Below the pieces are notes generated by a model. That model saw only the letters and a list, made by a program, of their open reading frames with translations, was not told where the DNA came from and did not search any database. 64,000 nt of DNA from Candidatus Heimdallarchaeota archaeon (GTDB lineage: Archaea > Asgardarchaeota > Heimdallarchaeia > JABLTI01). Positions 10,674 to 20,809 of the stretch are shown one piece after another (the stretch's first letter is position 1; each line of letters begins with the position of its first letter). The translations under genes and the position numbers were made by a program. The DNA is taken from the NCBI GenBank assembly GCA_019058275.1, contig JAHLVW010000101.1, positions 1 to 64,000 on the forward strand, read 5' to 3'.

Positions 10674-10827
10674 AAAAATAGAAATGTTACATAGGAATTT
10701 TTTCGATTCCCATGACATTTAATATCACATATCAACGTCTAACTATCACTACATCTAAGTGTACAAATTATGTACCCATTTCATTGTTGACTCTACCATT
10801 TTGTAATCAAAGAGCTATTTAAAACGT

Positions 10828-11253
10828 TCAAATAAATAACCAGATAATTAAAATTAACAGACCTACAAGAGGAATGTATCCCAGAATCATTCCGATGATA
10901 GCCATAGGACCTTTCGAACGACTATATGCTATATGACCTGTGATGACTGCTACTATGCTAGGAATTACAGGTATACATACCCAACCAAGTATCCCCATAA
11001 TTAAGGAAAGAGTAGCAAGGGAATCATCTTTTCTAGGTGCTGGAACATAAACAGTTGCAGGTTGTTGATAAACATCTGTTCCATATTGATATTGACTTTG
11101 AGGTTGTGATGGGGCAGGTTGATAAGGTTGAGGAGCATGTGCAGGGGTAGTTTCTTCAGTGCCTGTAAGAGATGCACCACAGTTTTGACAGAAAACTGAT
11201 TCTTTCTCTACAGCTGAACCACAAAATGGACAATGTTTAATTTCATTACTCAA
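10828..11253 (-). CDS. Zinc-ribbon + Pro/Gln linker + DUF4190-like membrane protein
   Basis: CPFCG...FCQNCG, P/Q-rich linker, LATLSLIMGILG...ITGHIA...AIIGMILG. Confidence 0.8.
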   Translation of the reverse strand: MSNEIKHCPFCGSAVEKESVFCQNCGASLTGTEETTPAHAPQPYQPAPSQPQSQYQYGTDVYQQPATVYVPAPRKDDSLATLSLIMGILGWVCIPVIPSIVAVITGHIAYSRSKGPMAIIGMILGYIPLVGLLILIIWLFI

Positions 11254-11424
11254 TACTTACTCCACCAAATTATTTTGCATTCTAATATGCATTTAATTAT
11301 AGTATAAGTTAGATATTAAGATTCTTAGTTTATTACTGTTAAATGTAGCAATAACTTATGGAAAAAGAAAAAAGATAATTAGCAAAGCTTGAAACTTGTT
11401 TGCTAATTCGTATGGATACAAGTA

Positions 11425-11909
11425 CTATATGTACCCAGAACCTATTATAAGAAACCATATTAGATAACCTAAACCAAATAAGAGACCAACAATTTGTATT
11501 CCCAGTTGTATCCAATTAAGTATTTTAGCGATTGTAATAAGCTGTTGATCTTCATTGTTCTCCTCTGCCTTCCTAACAAAAGTTAACCCAACTATTGGAA
11601 GCAGAAAGCAGCTAAATACAAAGCCTATAGCTCCCAAGATTATTGCTATTGTTGCATTATCTTTTGGAGTTTCAACAGTAGTACCAACATAGCTTTGACT
11701 TGGAGCAGACCCATATGCATAATCTTGTTGTGCAACAGGACTTTGAGAGGTTGCTTCAGGTAAAGGCGTTTCTCTAATGATTTTTACACCAGTGTCTTCT
11801 GATGATTTTGAGGTATCCAATGAGGCTCTCCACATGAAGAACAGAATTTTTGTCCTTTTTCTTGTGGTGAACCACAATAAGGGCAGAAGACTGAATTATT
11901 GCTACTCAA
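11425..11909 (-). pseudogene. Frameshifted paralog of the zinc-ribbon/DUF4190-like gene
   Basis: TTG 11909 (GGTGA RBS) gives MSSNNSVFCPYCGSPQEKGQKFCSSCG. An extra GA (TGT GGA GA GCC TCA TTG, ~11826-11830) then shifts away from the ASLDT... frame that encodes the TM helices. Confidence 0.75.
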
Positions 11910-12020
11910 CTTTCTTATCTCACCTTAATTTCTGAATTTATTTTATTCAATCAACTATAAAAACAGTAAGGAATTAATTGGCAACAAGTAGAAGAAGAAT
12001 TCTGACATTGAAAATAGCAA

Positions 12021-12950
12021 TTATGTCAATAAAATGATGTTTAATTCGGTATATATTTCTCCAAGTTGGAATAAAGCATCAAATTCATGTTTAGTAATTA
12101 ATCTATAAGCATTTGATAGGATTCGTTCAAGTTCATCTTCATCAAAACTCATATTGGATCTAATGAACGGTATCCAGATTGAGTTTAGTTTATCGTTGAC
12201 AATTGTTTTATAATTCGGTCTCTTACCACTGAAGCTGCTTATTAACTTCAATGTTTGTAATTCAGTAAATAACTCATAAGCAACTGCTCGAACTCCTCTT
12301 TTATCTTGCCTTACCCATGACCCAATTGGTTTTGAATAATTCAACAATTTAACAACTTCATGTAAAAATAAAGAGTCATCTTCCAATGTCAATTTCGATG
12401 ATTCAATATATGCAATATCAGAGAATTTCAGTTTATGTGACAAACGACCATCTAATGGATATACCAAACAAATTATTGGTTCTTTCCTTTTCCAAGAGAT
12501 GCCTGGCAATTTCTCAGATTCTTCTTTCAGTTTATCCCACATTTTGGAATATTTCTTCTTGATATCATTCCTAGTATTCTCAAGGTCTTTTCTTCTCTCT
12601 TTTGTTAAAACATTATTTTTGTAATAATTATAAATCTCTTGAACTATATCTTCTAATTTTACTAACTCCTCAAGCCATTTTTCTGCAAATTTACCTTTCG
12701 AAGGATTTCTTTTAATAAACAAAGCTAATTTCTTTGGTGATTCAATTTCATATTTTACTGCAAAATTCCTTGCCCAGGGTAAAAATTGCTTGAATCGTGA
12801 GAATTTAATTTCACGAATTAATTTGTATAATCTTCTAGCATCCTTATCTTGTTCAACCCATCCGATTTTTTTTCTTAGTGGTCCATGAAATTCAAAATAA
12901 TATAATGCATCTACTAAGTCAGAATGGTAAAATTTTATCAGATTATTCAA
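12021..12950 (-). CDS. Hypothetical basic protein, possibly degenerate zincin-like fold
   Basis: 309-aa ORF with GGTGA RBS. FLHEVVK resembles HExxH with the second His lost. Confidence 0.6.
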   Translation of the reverse strand: MNNLIKFYHSDLVDALYYFEFHGPLRKKIGWVEQDKDARRLYKLIREIKFSRFKQFLPWARNFAVKYEIESPKKLALFIKRNPSKGKFAEKWLEELVKLEDIVQEIYNYYKNNVLTKERRKDLENTRNDIKKKYSKMWDKLKEESEKLPGISWKRKEPIICLVYPLDGRLSHKLKFSDIAYIESSKLTLEDDSLFLHEVVKLLNYSKPIGSWVRQDKRGVRAVAYELFTELQTLKLISSFSGKRPNYKTIVNDKLNSIWIPFIRSNMSFDEDELERILSNAYRLITKHEFDALFQLGEIYTELNIILLT

Positions 12951-13099
12951 TCATATCACCAACAAATCATTCTGATATTCTCAATGCTATTTTTACCTTT
13001 TGTTCATTAATTGATATGATTACGATTATTTGTTGCCAAAATGGACAAAGATATCGGAAGAAAATTAAAGATAATAAAATTTACTGGATGATGATTACC

Positions 13100-13594
13100 A
13101 TGGGTGTGTTAAAAAGAACAAATGCTTTCTTGATACAAGTTGACAGTACAAGAAAGAACTATGTTGCAAGAAATTTCATTAACATCCCAGGCAATCCCAT
13201 CTTTGCAGAAGATGTTTTACTCCACAATCGATTTAATTTGGATGATGAATCGATAAAACATAACCCTGATTTTAAGCTTATCAAAAACAAAGATTACATT
13301 ATCGTTTATTGTAATTCTTTAGTTCCTCATTCTCCAAATCAAATCAAATTTATTTTTGAAGTTTTAAGCAAATTGGGTAATCAAATAGTCCTTAAACTTT
13401 TTACAAAATTAAATCGTGGTTATCCACTAGATCATATAAGATCATTAGTGGAAGAAGGAAAGCTTTCTAGTAAAATGATGAAATGTGGTACCAAAGGATT
13501 CAAAACTGGAAAAATCGATTTTTCTGATCTTGAACTATTGATTAATTTTGACCCAATTGTAAGAACATATCATTCCACAAGTTGGAAAACATAA
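13100..13594 (+). CDS. Hypothetical protein
   Basis: Open frame divergent from the previous gene. Start re-called near ATG 13100 because the track start overlaps the minus-strand gene. Confidence 0.55.
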   Translation: MGVLKRTNAFLIQVDSTRKNYVARNFINIPGNPIFAEDVLLHNRFNLDDESIKHNPDFKLIKNKDYIIVYCNSLVPHSPNQIKFIFEVLSKLGNQIVLKLFTKLNRGYPLDHIRSLVEEGKLSSKMMKCGTKGFKTGKIDFSDLELLINFDPIVRTYHSTSWKT

Positions 13595-14725
13595 TTAAAC
13601 TACACCAAAGAATTCTTCAGCACTAATACCTAAAAAGATTATTTTAATTTCACTATCTGATTTATCTTTATGCTCTTTTCTATATGCAATTATTTTATGT
13701 AAACACTCTGGACATAGCTCTCTATCTTGCATGATTTTCATAGCACGAGCTAATTCCATTTCTTCTCGAGAGACTTCTTCTTCAAGTACTTTTATTGGTT
13801 TGTGAGTTGTTAAACAGCAGATACAATCATTATCATCTGAAAAAACAGTATTTGCACAATTTTCTGATCCTGTTTTCAATATTTCAGTATCAATTTGTAT
13901 TCTTTCAATAATATCACCCAAATCAAGAACTTTTACTGGTATAGGTTCTCCTTCATCGGTATTTAAGCAAAAGGTTTCTCCACTACTTTCTATTAGTAAC
14001 TTTGGGCAACCATGCCACAATTTTGTTTTCCCTCGACTTAGAGTGGTGGAAAATACCCAGGTAAAGCTAATTGCAAAGATTATCACAAACAATGCTGATG
14101 GTTGTATAGTATCTTTAAATATAAACTGAAAAAGGAAAATTGAAACAAATGCCCCACCAAAACCTACTCCAAAACCGATGGCAAAAATATTCATTCTTTT
14201 TCGCAAATCCGGAAATGAGTGAGTTCTTCTTGCTATTATACTTAGCTCAACTGTTAATAGGGCTATTATAAGGAACATAATCAAAGAGCTATAAACTGTG
14301 AAAGGTTTTCTTAAGAAATTATTAGTCCCATAAGGAGTTTCAACTAATGTGATAATATTTTGATCTATAAATAACCAAAGGGTTAAACTCAATGCAGGTA
14401 AAAACACAAAGAAATGAAGGTATCTAGGAATTCCCTTGTATTTTGCCCTCCAAAAGAAAATCGAAAAGCTAAGGGCAGGAATCGTCATAAGAAATAACGA
14501 TAGATAAACAAATTTAGCTAATAAAATGGATGGTTTTAGATTATTTATATCATAAAAGTGTTCTTTAAGCATATCAAACATAACAGCTTGTACTCCGCTT
14601 AAAAAGGCAATAATTCCCATCAGAATATTGGCAATGTTGTGACGGTTCTTGGAAATAATCATAATGGTTGCGATAGAACCAAGAGGAATGGCTATAGCAT
14701 CAATTATAATCTTTACATTTACCAA
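13595..14725 (-). CDS. 7-TM membrane protein (HisKA_7TM-like sensor) with Cys-rich cytoplasmic domain
   Basis: Seven hydrophobic segments in the first ~225 aa, then CPKL..FCL / CANT..CICCL / CPEC. Confidence 0.7.
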   Translation of the reverse strand: MVNVKIIIDAIAIPLGSIATIMIISKNRHNIANILMGIIAFLSGVQAVMFDMLKEHFYDINNLKPSILLAKFVYLSLFLMTIPALSFSIFFWRAKYKGIPRYLHFFVFLPALSLTLWLFIDQNIITLVETPYGTNNFLRKPFTVYSSLIMFLIIALLTVELSIIARRTHSFPDLRKRMNIFAIGFGVGFGGAFVSIFLFQFIFKDTIQPSALFVIIFAISFTWVFSTTLSRGKTKLWHGCPKLLIESSGETFCLNTDEGEPIPVKVLDLGDIIERIQIDTEILKTGSENCANTVFSDDNDCICCLTTHKPIKVLEEEVSREEMELARAMKIMQDRELCPECLHKIIAYRKEHKDKSDSEIKIIFLGISAEEFFGVV

Positions 14726-14867
14726 GTTTTATCAGGTCCAAGTTTCGGTTTAATTGTTATGATAAATGGAAATAATGCAGTTCCTTAAAACGTACATACA
14801 TTTAGATAACACTTAAAAAATTATTGTATGATTAACCTACTCGAGTATTTACAAGGAATAATCTGTT

Positions 14868-15257
14868 TTAAAGCTCCTCTAAACCGATTATTCCTATCAA
14901 ATCATTTACACTTTTTGAGTAATTTCTAATCAATCTACCGGGACCAAATTTTATTCCTCCATAAAATCTTGTGACAATAACCAGTAAATTCGTAAGGTTT
15001 TGCTTGCGTAAAAGATCTATAATTGGTTTACCTGCACAACCTTTTACTTATCCATCATCCGAGCTTTCTTCCCACAGTATTGAGGTTCTAACTCTATAAG
15101 CATAAGCATTATGTGTAGCATTCCTAAATTCTGTTTTAACTTTAGCTAAAAACTGTACAGCTTCTTCTTTATTGCTGACCTTATAGATAGTACAAATGAA
15201 TATTGATTTCTTTACTATTAGCTTTTGACTGCGTCCTGATTCATTTACAGATTTCAT
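14868..15257 (-). pseudogene. yigZ: YigZ/IMPACT-family gene with in-frame nonsense codon
   Basis: KKS.FI..ATHNAYAY..SDDG*VKGCAGKPI..VTRFYGGIKFG.G.LIR. TAA at 15048-15050 replaces the conserved Glu (GAA) of DDGE. Confidence 0.85.
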
Positions 15258-15373
15258 TTAATAAAACAACTCAAATACTGCAATACCTATACAAATTAAA
15301 TAAATATGAATTTGTAAATATTAAAACTAGATTATTAAACACAAGTTAAAAAATTTCTCGACGTGATGAGCAT

Positions 15374-16132
15374 TTGTTAAAATCTTGCTTTAATTGTGCA
15401 TCGGAAATTAGCAGCAAGGACCACATTTGTCCAAATTGCTATGCTGTTCAAAGAAAGATATTCACTCGAGATGATTTATTTGATATTCTAGAAAAGGAAT
15501 TTCCAACAAAACCAACAGACAAAGAACGATTTGTATCAACTAAAATACGTATAAAACCTAAAGGTTACAGAAGATGGCTTACTTTTGGGATTTTTACCCT
15601 TGGTATTGCATATTATTACTATTTGCTAATGGTTTTCAAAAATTTATCCGATCACTGGTATTATCCTCATGGCAAGTATGAGAATTCAACTAAAATCGAT
15701 ATGCTTGTTGTAACCTTGATCTTAGTTTTCACTAATTTCTTAGGAATACCATTTATTCAATATGTTAAATACGAAAAACTCAGAAGACATCTACAAAATG
15801 ACCCTCAAGCAAGTGAGTATAAGATACCTGTTGCTGGAAAAACTGTTTTTTGGATTTATTCACTCTTCAATGTTTTGTTTATGGGAACAGTCTCAATGCT
15901 ATTTTTTGGCATTAGCTCAATAGTCGCTGGAAAGTATTTTGAATTTGAAACAATAATGATTACTATTGTTTTCTTTGTAATAGCAGGAACAATATTTGCC
16001 TTAGCTATGTTTCTAGCTATTCAATTATCTCTCTTTGAGAGAAATTGGCAAAAACAATTCAATCAACACATAAATTGGCATTATAAGAGTATAAGAAGAA
16101 GCAAGAAACAGAGAAGCAGAAGAAAATCATGA
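15374..16132 (+). CDS. Zinc-ribbon + DUF4234-like membrane protein
   Basis: CFNC..CPNC, FTLGIAYYYY, several TM helices, WQKQFNQH. Confidence 0.7.
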   Translation: MLKSCFNCASEISSKDHICPNCYAVQRKIFTRDDLFDILEKEFPTKPTDKERFVSTKIRIKPKGYRRWLTFGIFTLGIAYYYYLLMVFKNLSDHWYYPHGKYENSTKIDMLVVTLILVFTNFLGIPFIQYVKYEKLRRHLQNDPQASEYKIPVAGKTVFWIYSLFNVLFMGTVSMLFFGISSIVAGKYFEFETIMITIVFFVIAGTIFALAMFLAIQLSLFERNWQKQFNQHINWHYKSIRRSKKQRSRRKS

Positions 16133-16210
16133 TTAATCTCATTTAAGAAAATTAATATGCTGAGTTTATGTCATAACAGCATTTTGTAGAAGACGTTAGT
16201 ATTGGAAGAT

Positions 16211-17212
16211 TTACTTTTTATGATTTTTCCAATAATATGATGAAACAAATTGAACTAAAAAGTTTGCAGCATTTATTGCAGTTGTATCCGCTGTATCATA
16301 AAGTGGATTCAATTCTACAATGTCCATACCAATGATTTTCGTTTGTTGTGTTATTTCATGAATTACTTTTAGTATTTGATATGGTGACAAACCATCAGGA
16401 GTAGGAGCACTTACACCAGGAGCATAAATTTGATCTAAGCTGTCCATATCAATGGAAATATACGTTAAATCAGTTCCTTTAGTGATTTTTTCAATTGTAT
16501 TTTTTATGACTTGATTTAAACCAATTTCACGGATATTATCTATTGTAAAAAATTCTCCACCTTCATCTTCGACATATTTTCGATAAATTTTAGCATTTGC
16601 GAAATTCCTTATACCAATCTCAACAAAATTTCGACCATCAACTAATCCATTTTCTAAAATTCTACGAAAAGGTGTACCACTAGTTATTCTCCCGTCAATA
16701 ACCTCGCTAACATCTAAATGAGCATCAATGTTAACTAATCCAATCTTCTTTGGATTATAGGCTTCTTTTAATCCTTTAACTATGGGATAGCCTATAGAGT
16801 GATCCCCACCTAAGGTTATTGTAGTAAAACCTCGAGAAGCGATTTTGTTAATAACTTCGCTTATGATCTCATGAGATTCAACTACTGAGTCAGCTTCCAA
16901 GATAATATCACCAAAATCATAGATTTTTCGATCTCCAAACCAAAAATCCTTGGACCAATCATAAGCTTTGAAGTATCTAACAGAATCCCTAATTTTCTTT
17001 GGACCACCTTTTGCTCCTTTTCTTCCTATAACAGCGGAATCAAAAGGTATACCCACCAATCCAACTGCGGGACCAGATTCACCAGTCCAACATTCAAGAA
17101 TATCTGACATTCTTGTTTCATTTGGATCATAGCCTTTTTTCTGATGAGGTTCCCAACTTCTTATACATTCTGAAATAGATACAAGTTTTTCTAACTGATT
17201 TCTTTCTGACAT
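16211..17212 (-). CDS. hutG: Formimidoylglutamase / arginase-family ureohydrolase
   Basis: GIPFD..GRKGAKGGP, LGGDHS, NIDAHLD, SGTPFR, SIDMD...APGVSAP, VELNP. Confidence 0.8.
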   Translation of the reverse strand: MSERNQLEKLVSISECIRSWEPHQKKGYDPNETRMSDILECWTGESGPAVGLVGIPFDSAVIGRKGAKGGPKKIRDSVRYFKAYDWSKDFWFGDRKIYDFGDIILEADSVVESHEIISEVINKIASRGFTTITLGGDHSIGYPIVKGLKEAYNPKKIGLVNIDAHLDVSEVIDGRITSGTPFRRILENGLVDGRNFVEIGIRNFANAKIYRKYVEDEGGEFFTIDNIREIGLNQVIKNTIEKITKGTDLTYISIDMDSLDQIYAPGVSAPTPDGLSPYQILKVIHEITQQTKIIGMDIVELNPLYDTADTTAINAANFLVQFVSSYYWKNHKK

Positions 17213-17321
17213 TGCATCATCCCTTAAGTTTACTATTTTGTGATTTGTATGTATTATTTACCGTTTAAAAACTATAGAACATAGCTATATTAGAATTAGA
17301 AAATACGAAAATAAAGGATAG

Positions 17322-17345
17322 TTTTCAGATCGAATGATCTGAAAA
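17322..17345 (-). terminator. Hairpin + U-rich tract downstream of rps3ae
   Basis: TTTTCAGATC-GAAT-GATCTGAAAA inverted repeat just after the stop. Confidence 0.5.
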
Positions 17346-17362
17346 AATCAAAATTACAATAA

Positions 17363-18091
17363 TTAGGATTTAGCTGCTTCAGCAGGTTTTTCTTCAGCTT
17401 TAGGTTTACTTTCAGCTTCAGGTTTTGCTTCTGCTGGTTTTGGTGCTGCTGGTGGAGCTTTAACAGGTAACGTAATTGTTGGTAAGTTAATTACCCTTGA
17501 TTTCCAAACATCTACATTTTGAATTGGATGAATTTTTCGTGCTTTCTTGTAAATGGCAGTAGCTATTTTCCCAGCTACAAGGTCTTTAACAAATGGTTCG
17601 TATGGAGTTCTAGCTGCTCTTTTTGTTATAGATTCATCCATGATCTTTCTTATTGCTCGTTCATGACTTGTTTTACATCTAAATGGAGTAAGTGCAATAA
17701 CACTTGCACGAATCTTTGCACCATCTTTTGTTATAACGTTGAAGATACCATCAATTCGAGTTCTTCTTCTTCTAATCATTGATCTTAAATAATCTCTTGT
17801 ATATTCATGTCCATGAAATTCTGAATAAGCATTGTCACCTTTTACTTTACTAACTTTAAAGGTGATTTTTACATGCATTTTCTTATAATCACCAGTAAGT
17901 TCCATTAGGGTAGTATTTAATGTTCTACCAATTACATACTCAGGTTCTGCAGAAGGAGTTTCTGCTATCTCCTCTCCACCAAACATTTTTGGAGTGAGAA
18001 TTTTATACCAAGTTTTCAAAGTGAACTTATCAACAACTCTTCTGCTTTCTCTTACTTTTCTTTTTTTTCCTCTACTTGATTTACTACTCAT
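17363..18091 (-). CDS. rps3ae: 30S ribosomal protein S3Ae (eS1)
   Basis: DKF..K.WY, GRT..TL.ELTGD, RDYLRSMIRRR.TRID, KIHPI. Confidence 0.95.
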   Translation of the reverse strand: MSSKSSRGKKRKVRESRRVVDKFTLKTWYKILTPKMFGGEEIAETPSAEPEYVIGRTLNTTLMELTGDYKKMHVKITFKVSKVKGDNAYSEFHGHEYTRDYLRSMIRRRRTRIDGIFNVITKDGAKIRASVIALTPFRCKTSHERAIRKIMDESITKRAARTPYEPFVKDLVAGKIATAIYKKARKIHPIQNVDVWKSRVINLPTITLPVKAPPAAPKPAEAKPEAESKPKAEEKPAEAAKS

Positions 18092-18236
18092 TTTTTAATC
18101 TCCGTAATGTTGTTAACAACAATTACATTCATATGCTTACTTTTGCAATATCTTTTCAGATATATCCGAGACAAAAGAGTCACTATTAAAATATTTTGCT
18201 TACAGTTGAGAATAAAGAAAGCTGCTAATCTAGCAT

Positions 18237-18509
18237 TCATTCCTTTATACTTGTGATTGTTTTATAGGATAAGTCTATTTTCTCGAAATAATCTTCCAGT
18301 GTTGAAAACAAGTAATTTAACGAATTTTCTGATGTAATAGTTATTTGCAAATTACTACCATCAAGTTTGGATTGTGCTGTAACACCTTTTGGTGTCTCTT
18401 GATTCTCAGGTTCAGTAGATTTAGTTATTGCTTGTGCAACATCATCATTTTCAAAAACCAGTTGTACTGTTATTTCAGAATATATTTGATCCCTCTTTTC
18501 AGATAACAA
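18237..18509 (-). CDS. pcc1: KEOPS complex subunit Pcc1
   Basis: A.AI.KS.EPEN motif, 90 aa, conserved position between RecJ-like gene and rps3ae. Confidence 0.8.
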   Translation of the reverse strand: MLSEKRDQIYSEITVQLVFENDDVAQAITKSTEPENQETPKGVTAQSKLDGSNLQITITSENSLNYLFSTLEDYFEKIDLSYKTITSIKE

Positions 18510-18530
18510 TGAATATTCCTCACTTAATTA

Positions 18531-20111
18531 TTACGTTTTTGGTTTAGTTTTACTTTTTGTAGCTTTAGATGTTAATTTACTTTTAGCTGATGTACTTTTC
18601 GTTGTTTTAGGTTTAGGTTTCTTTGCAGGTTCCTTAGCATCTTTAGCATGTAATTGCTTTTCCAATGCAGCGTTTAGACTTTCAATTAGCAATTTCTCTG
18701 TTCCTTTAGGAATCCTTGCTCCTGCAGCTATATTGTGACCTCCACCTTCAGCTTCAGAACCAATTGATGAGACTGCTTCTCTTAATGCTAAACCAAGATC
18801 CAAGCCTTGTGATACTAAAGCTCCAGTACCTCTACTACTAATTTTAACCGTACCATCTTCAGAATTAGCCATACTAACTAAAGGTTTATTCTTTTCAATG
18901 AATTTCCTAGTTGAAATAGCTATTGAAGTAACAGTACCAATCATAGTGTCATCAATAAGATCTCTACCATCAAAAACAATTACGTTAGAATATTCCTTAA
19001 GATGTTCACTATCTTGATTGAAGATTTCAATAAATTTGGAGATTTTTCTACGATAGTCTCTCATTATATCTTCTGCTTCTTGTAAGAGAAACTTACGTTC
19101 TCCCATACAAATACCAATAGCTATACCTGTAGCATTAAGCCGTCCACATGAGTTTAGCAATGAACCAAATTCACGTGCATCTCTTAGCAAAGTTCCTGGA
19201 GTTTCTTTTGTTAATGTATAAACCATACCAAGAATGCTTTGAGATTCTTCTGCTGTCATTCCCATTGATAATCCATATGTAATCAAGTTATCAACTAACA
19301 TTATTCGTTCTTCTTGCGATAAGTCCTGAATGGTTCTCCAATCATTACCTTTTTGTTGGGGTATACCTGTGTCTCTCATAAACCTAATACACATATCTCC
19401 ATCGCCAGTTAAACCTGGGAGAAACGGATCAGTTGTATATTCCAATGCTCGATAAATTGGTCTTGTTTCACGACCGAATAATCTAATATCTAGTTTTTCT
19501 TCTAGAATTCCAGCTTTAACCCCATCATCAACAATTATTTTGTTGAGTTCAGTCAGAGAATTTTTCTCACCTTTATCTTGTCTATCTGCGAGTGCACCTA
19601 CAATTGCTATGCTTGCAGAATCAACATTTTTTGGATCCAGCTGATTTGCAAAGAAGTAACTTAATCCAGCACCTGATACTTGATTTGCTCCATCATAATT
19701 GTATTCAAATGGATTGACATGAATAATGGACTCAGATTTAGGTGGTGTGAGTGATGGATGGTGATCAAGAATAATGATATTCCTATTACTAAGATACATG
19801 TTAATTCCCTCAAGTTGTCCACTACCAAAATCTGTAAATATTATTGTTTCAACTTCCTTCATCATTGATAATTCACTGATTATTGGTAGTTCCAATTGTC
19901 TTACACAGCGTATGTGATAGGGGATATATGCTCGGTGAAGTGCTTTGCCAACAATTCCTGCGGAAGTTAAACCATCAGCATCAAGGTGACTTACACAAAG
20001 TATGGTATTTTTGGAATCTTTTACCACATCAATCGTTTCAGCGATTTTTGATATGATTCCCTTGAAATTTCCTTTTGGTTTCTTAGCAGTAGACAAATAC
20101 TTACACCACAC
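18531..20111 (-). CDS. RecJ-like DHH phosphoesterase with Lys-rich tail
   Basis: SHLDADGL, FTDFGSG, ILDHH, VGALADRQD, LLNSCGR, GGGH.IAAGA; conserved uS15 operon position. Confidence 0.92.
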   Translation of the reverse strand: MWCKYLSTAKKPKGNFKGIISKIAETIDVVKDSKNTILCVSHLDADGLTSAGIVGKALHRAYIPYHIRCVRQLELPIISELSMMKEVETIIFTDFGSGQLEGINMYLSNRNIIILDHHPSLTPPKSESIIHVNPFEYNYDGANQVSGAGLSYFFANQLDPKNVDSASIAIVGALADRQDKGEKNSLTELNKIIVDDGVKAGILEEKLDIRLFGRETRPIYRALEYTTDPFLPGLTGDGDMCIRFMRDTGIPQQKGNDWRTIQDLSQEERIMLVDNLITYGLSMGMTAEESQSILGMVYTLTKETPGTLLRDAREFGSLLNSCGRLNATGIAIGICMGERKFLLQEAEDIMRDYRRKISKFIEIFNQDSEHLKEYSNVIVFDGRDLIDDTMIGTVTSIAISTRKFIEKNKPLVSMANSEDGTVKISSRGTGALVSQGLDLGLALREAVSSIGSEAEGGGHNIAAGARIPKGTEKLLIESLNAALEKQLHAKDAKEPAKKPKPKTTKSTSAKSKLTSKATKSKTKPKT

Positions 20112-20202
20112 AAGAGTTAGAGATGTGTTATTTAATTACATTTTGTGTATTTTTACTTAAAAACTAGCTAATAATCTGTATAAAAGAAAAAGATAAAAGA
20201 GG

Positions 20203-20224
20203 GTAAATCTGCAAGCAGATTTAC
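20203..20224 (-). terminator. Hairpin + U-tract after rps15
   Basis: GTAAATCTGC-AA-GCAGATTTAC followed on the minus strand by CTCTTTTATCTTTTTCTTTT. Confidence 0.55.
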
Positions 20225-20246
20225 ATTTATCAAATAAGAAAATGAA

Positions 20247-20702
20247 TTATCTGATAATTGTTGCTGCTGTGGCAGGATTATACTTGAATGATTTCGGAAT
20301 TATGCCCTTCTTTTGATAATATCTCTGAAGACGTCTTATCTTTGCTTCAATTTTTTGTAAACCATATCTAGAATGTAAATCCTTAGGATGACCATCTAAA
20401 TGTCGTCTTAAAGACATTGCTCTTCGCACTAGATTTCTAAAATCTTCTGGATATTCAGGATAAACTCCTTCTCTTTGCATAACTTCAGTTATTTTCTTTC
20501 TAATAACTAATTTAGAATATGGAATACCATAAGTATCTCTTAATGTAGTACCAATCATAGCTGAAGTCAAACCTTGTTTTGCAAGGTCAACAATTTTCTG
20601 TTCAATTTCCTCAGGTGTTTGGTTGATCCACTCAGGAATAGTTGCATGAGGTGGTCTTTTAGAACCTGATTTTCCTTTACGTCTTGTATGCATTCTTGCC
20701 AT
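20247..20702 (-). CDS. rps15: 30S ribosomal protein S15 (uS15)
   Basis: MARMHTRRKGKSGSKRP, IG..LRD.YGIP, PED..NL, KDLHSR.GL...EAKIRRL..YY. True start ATG 20702 with GGTGAA RBS. Confidence 0.96.
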   Translation of the reverse strand: MARMHTRRKGKSGSKRPPHATIPEWINQTPEEIEQKIVDLAKQGLTSAMIGTTLRDTYGIPYSKLVIRKKITEVMQREGVYPEYPEDFRNLVRRAMSLRRHLDGHPKDLHSRYGLQKIEAKIRRLQRYYQKKGIIPKSFKYNPATAATIIR

Positions 20703-20716
20703 ATTATTCACCAGTT

Positions 20717-20809
20717 TGTTCTGATGTTTCGTATCTGAGCACCATTCCTTTTCCATACAGATGGATTTGGCAAATCCTTGGGAAAAAGTGGCCCGATTAC
20801 GAACAGACA
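20717..20809 (-). ncRNA. Putative structured 5' leader (r-leader) of the uS15 operon
   Basis: GC-enriched leader folding into UUCGUA/UACGAA, AUCGGGC/GCUCAGAU and UUUUCC/GGAAAA stems enclosing a GGAUUU/AAAUCC hairpin. Confidence 0.6.

Noticed and set aside
18162-18173. ATATCCGAGACA upstream of rps3ae as another operator
   Set aside because: Only one half-site matches
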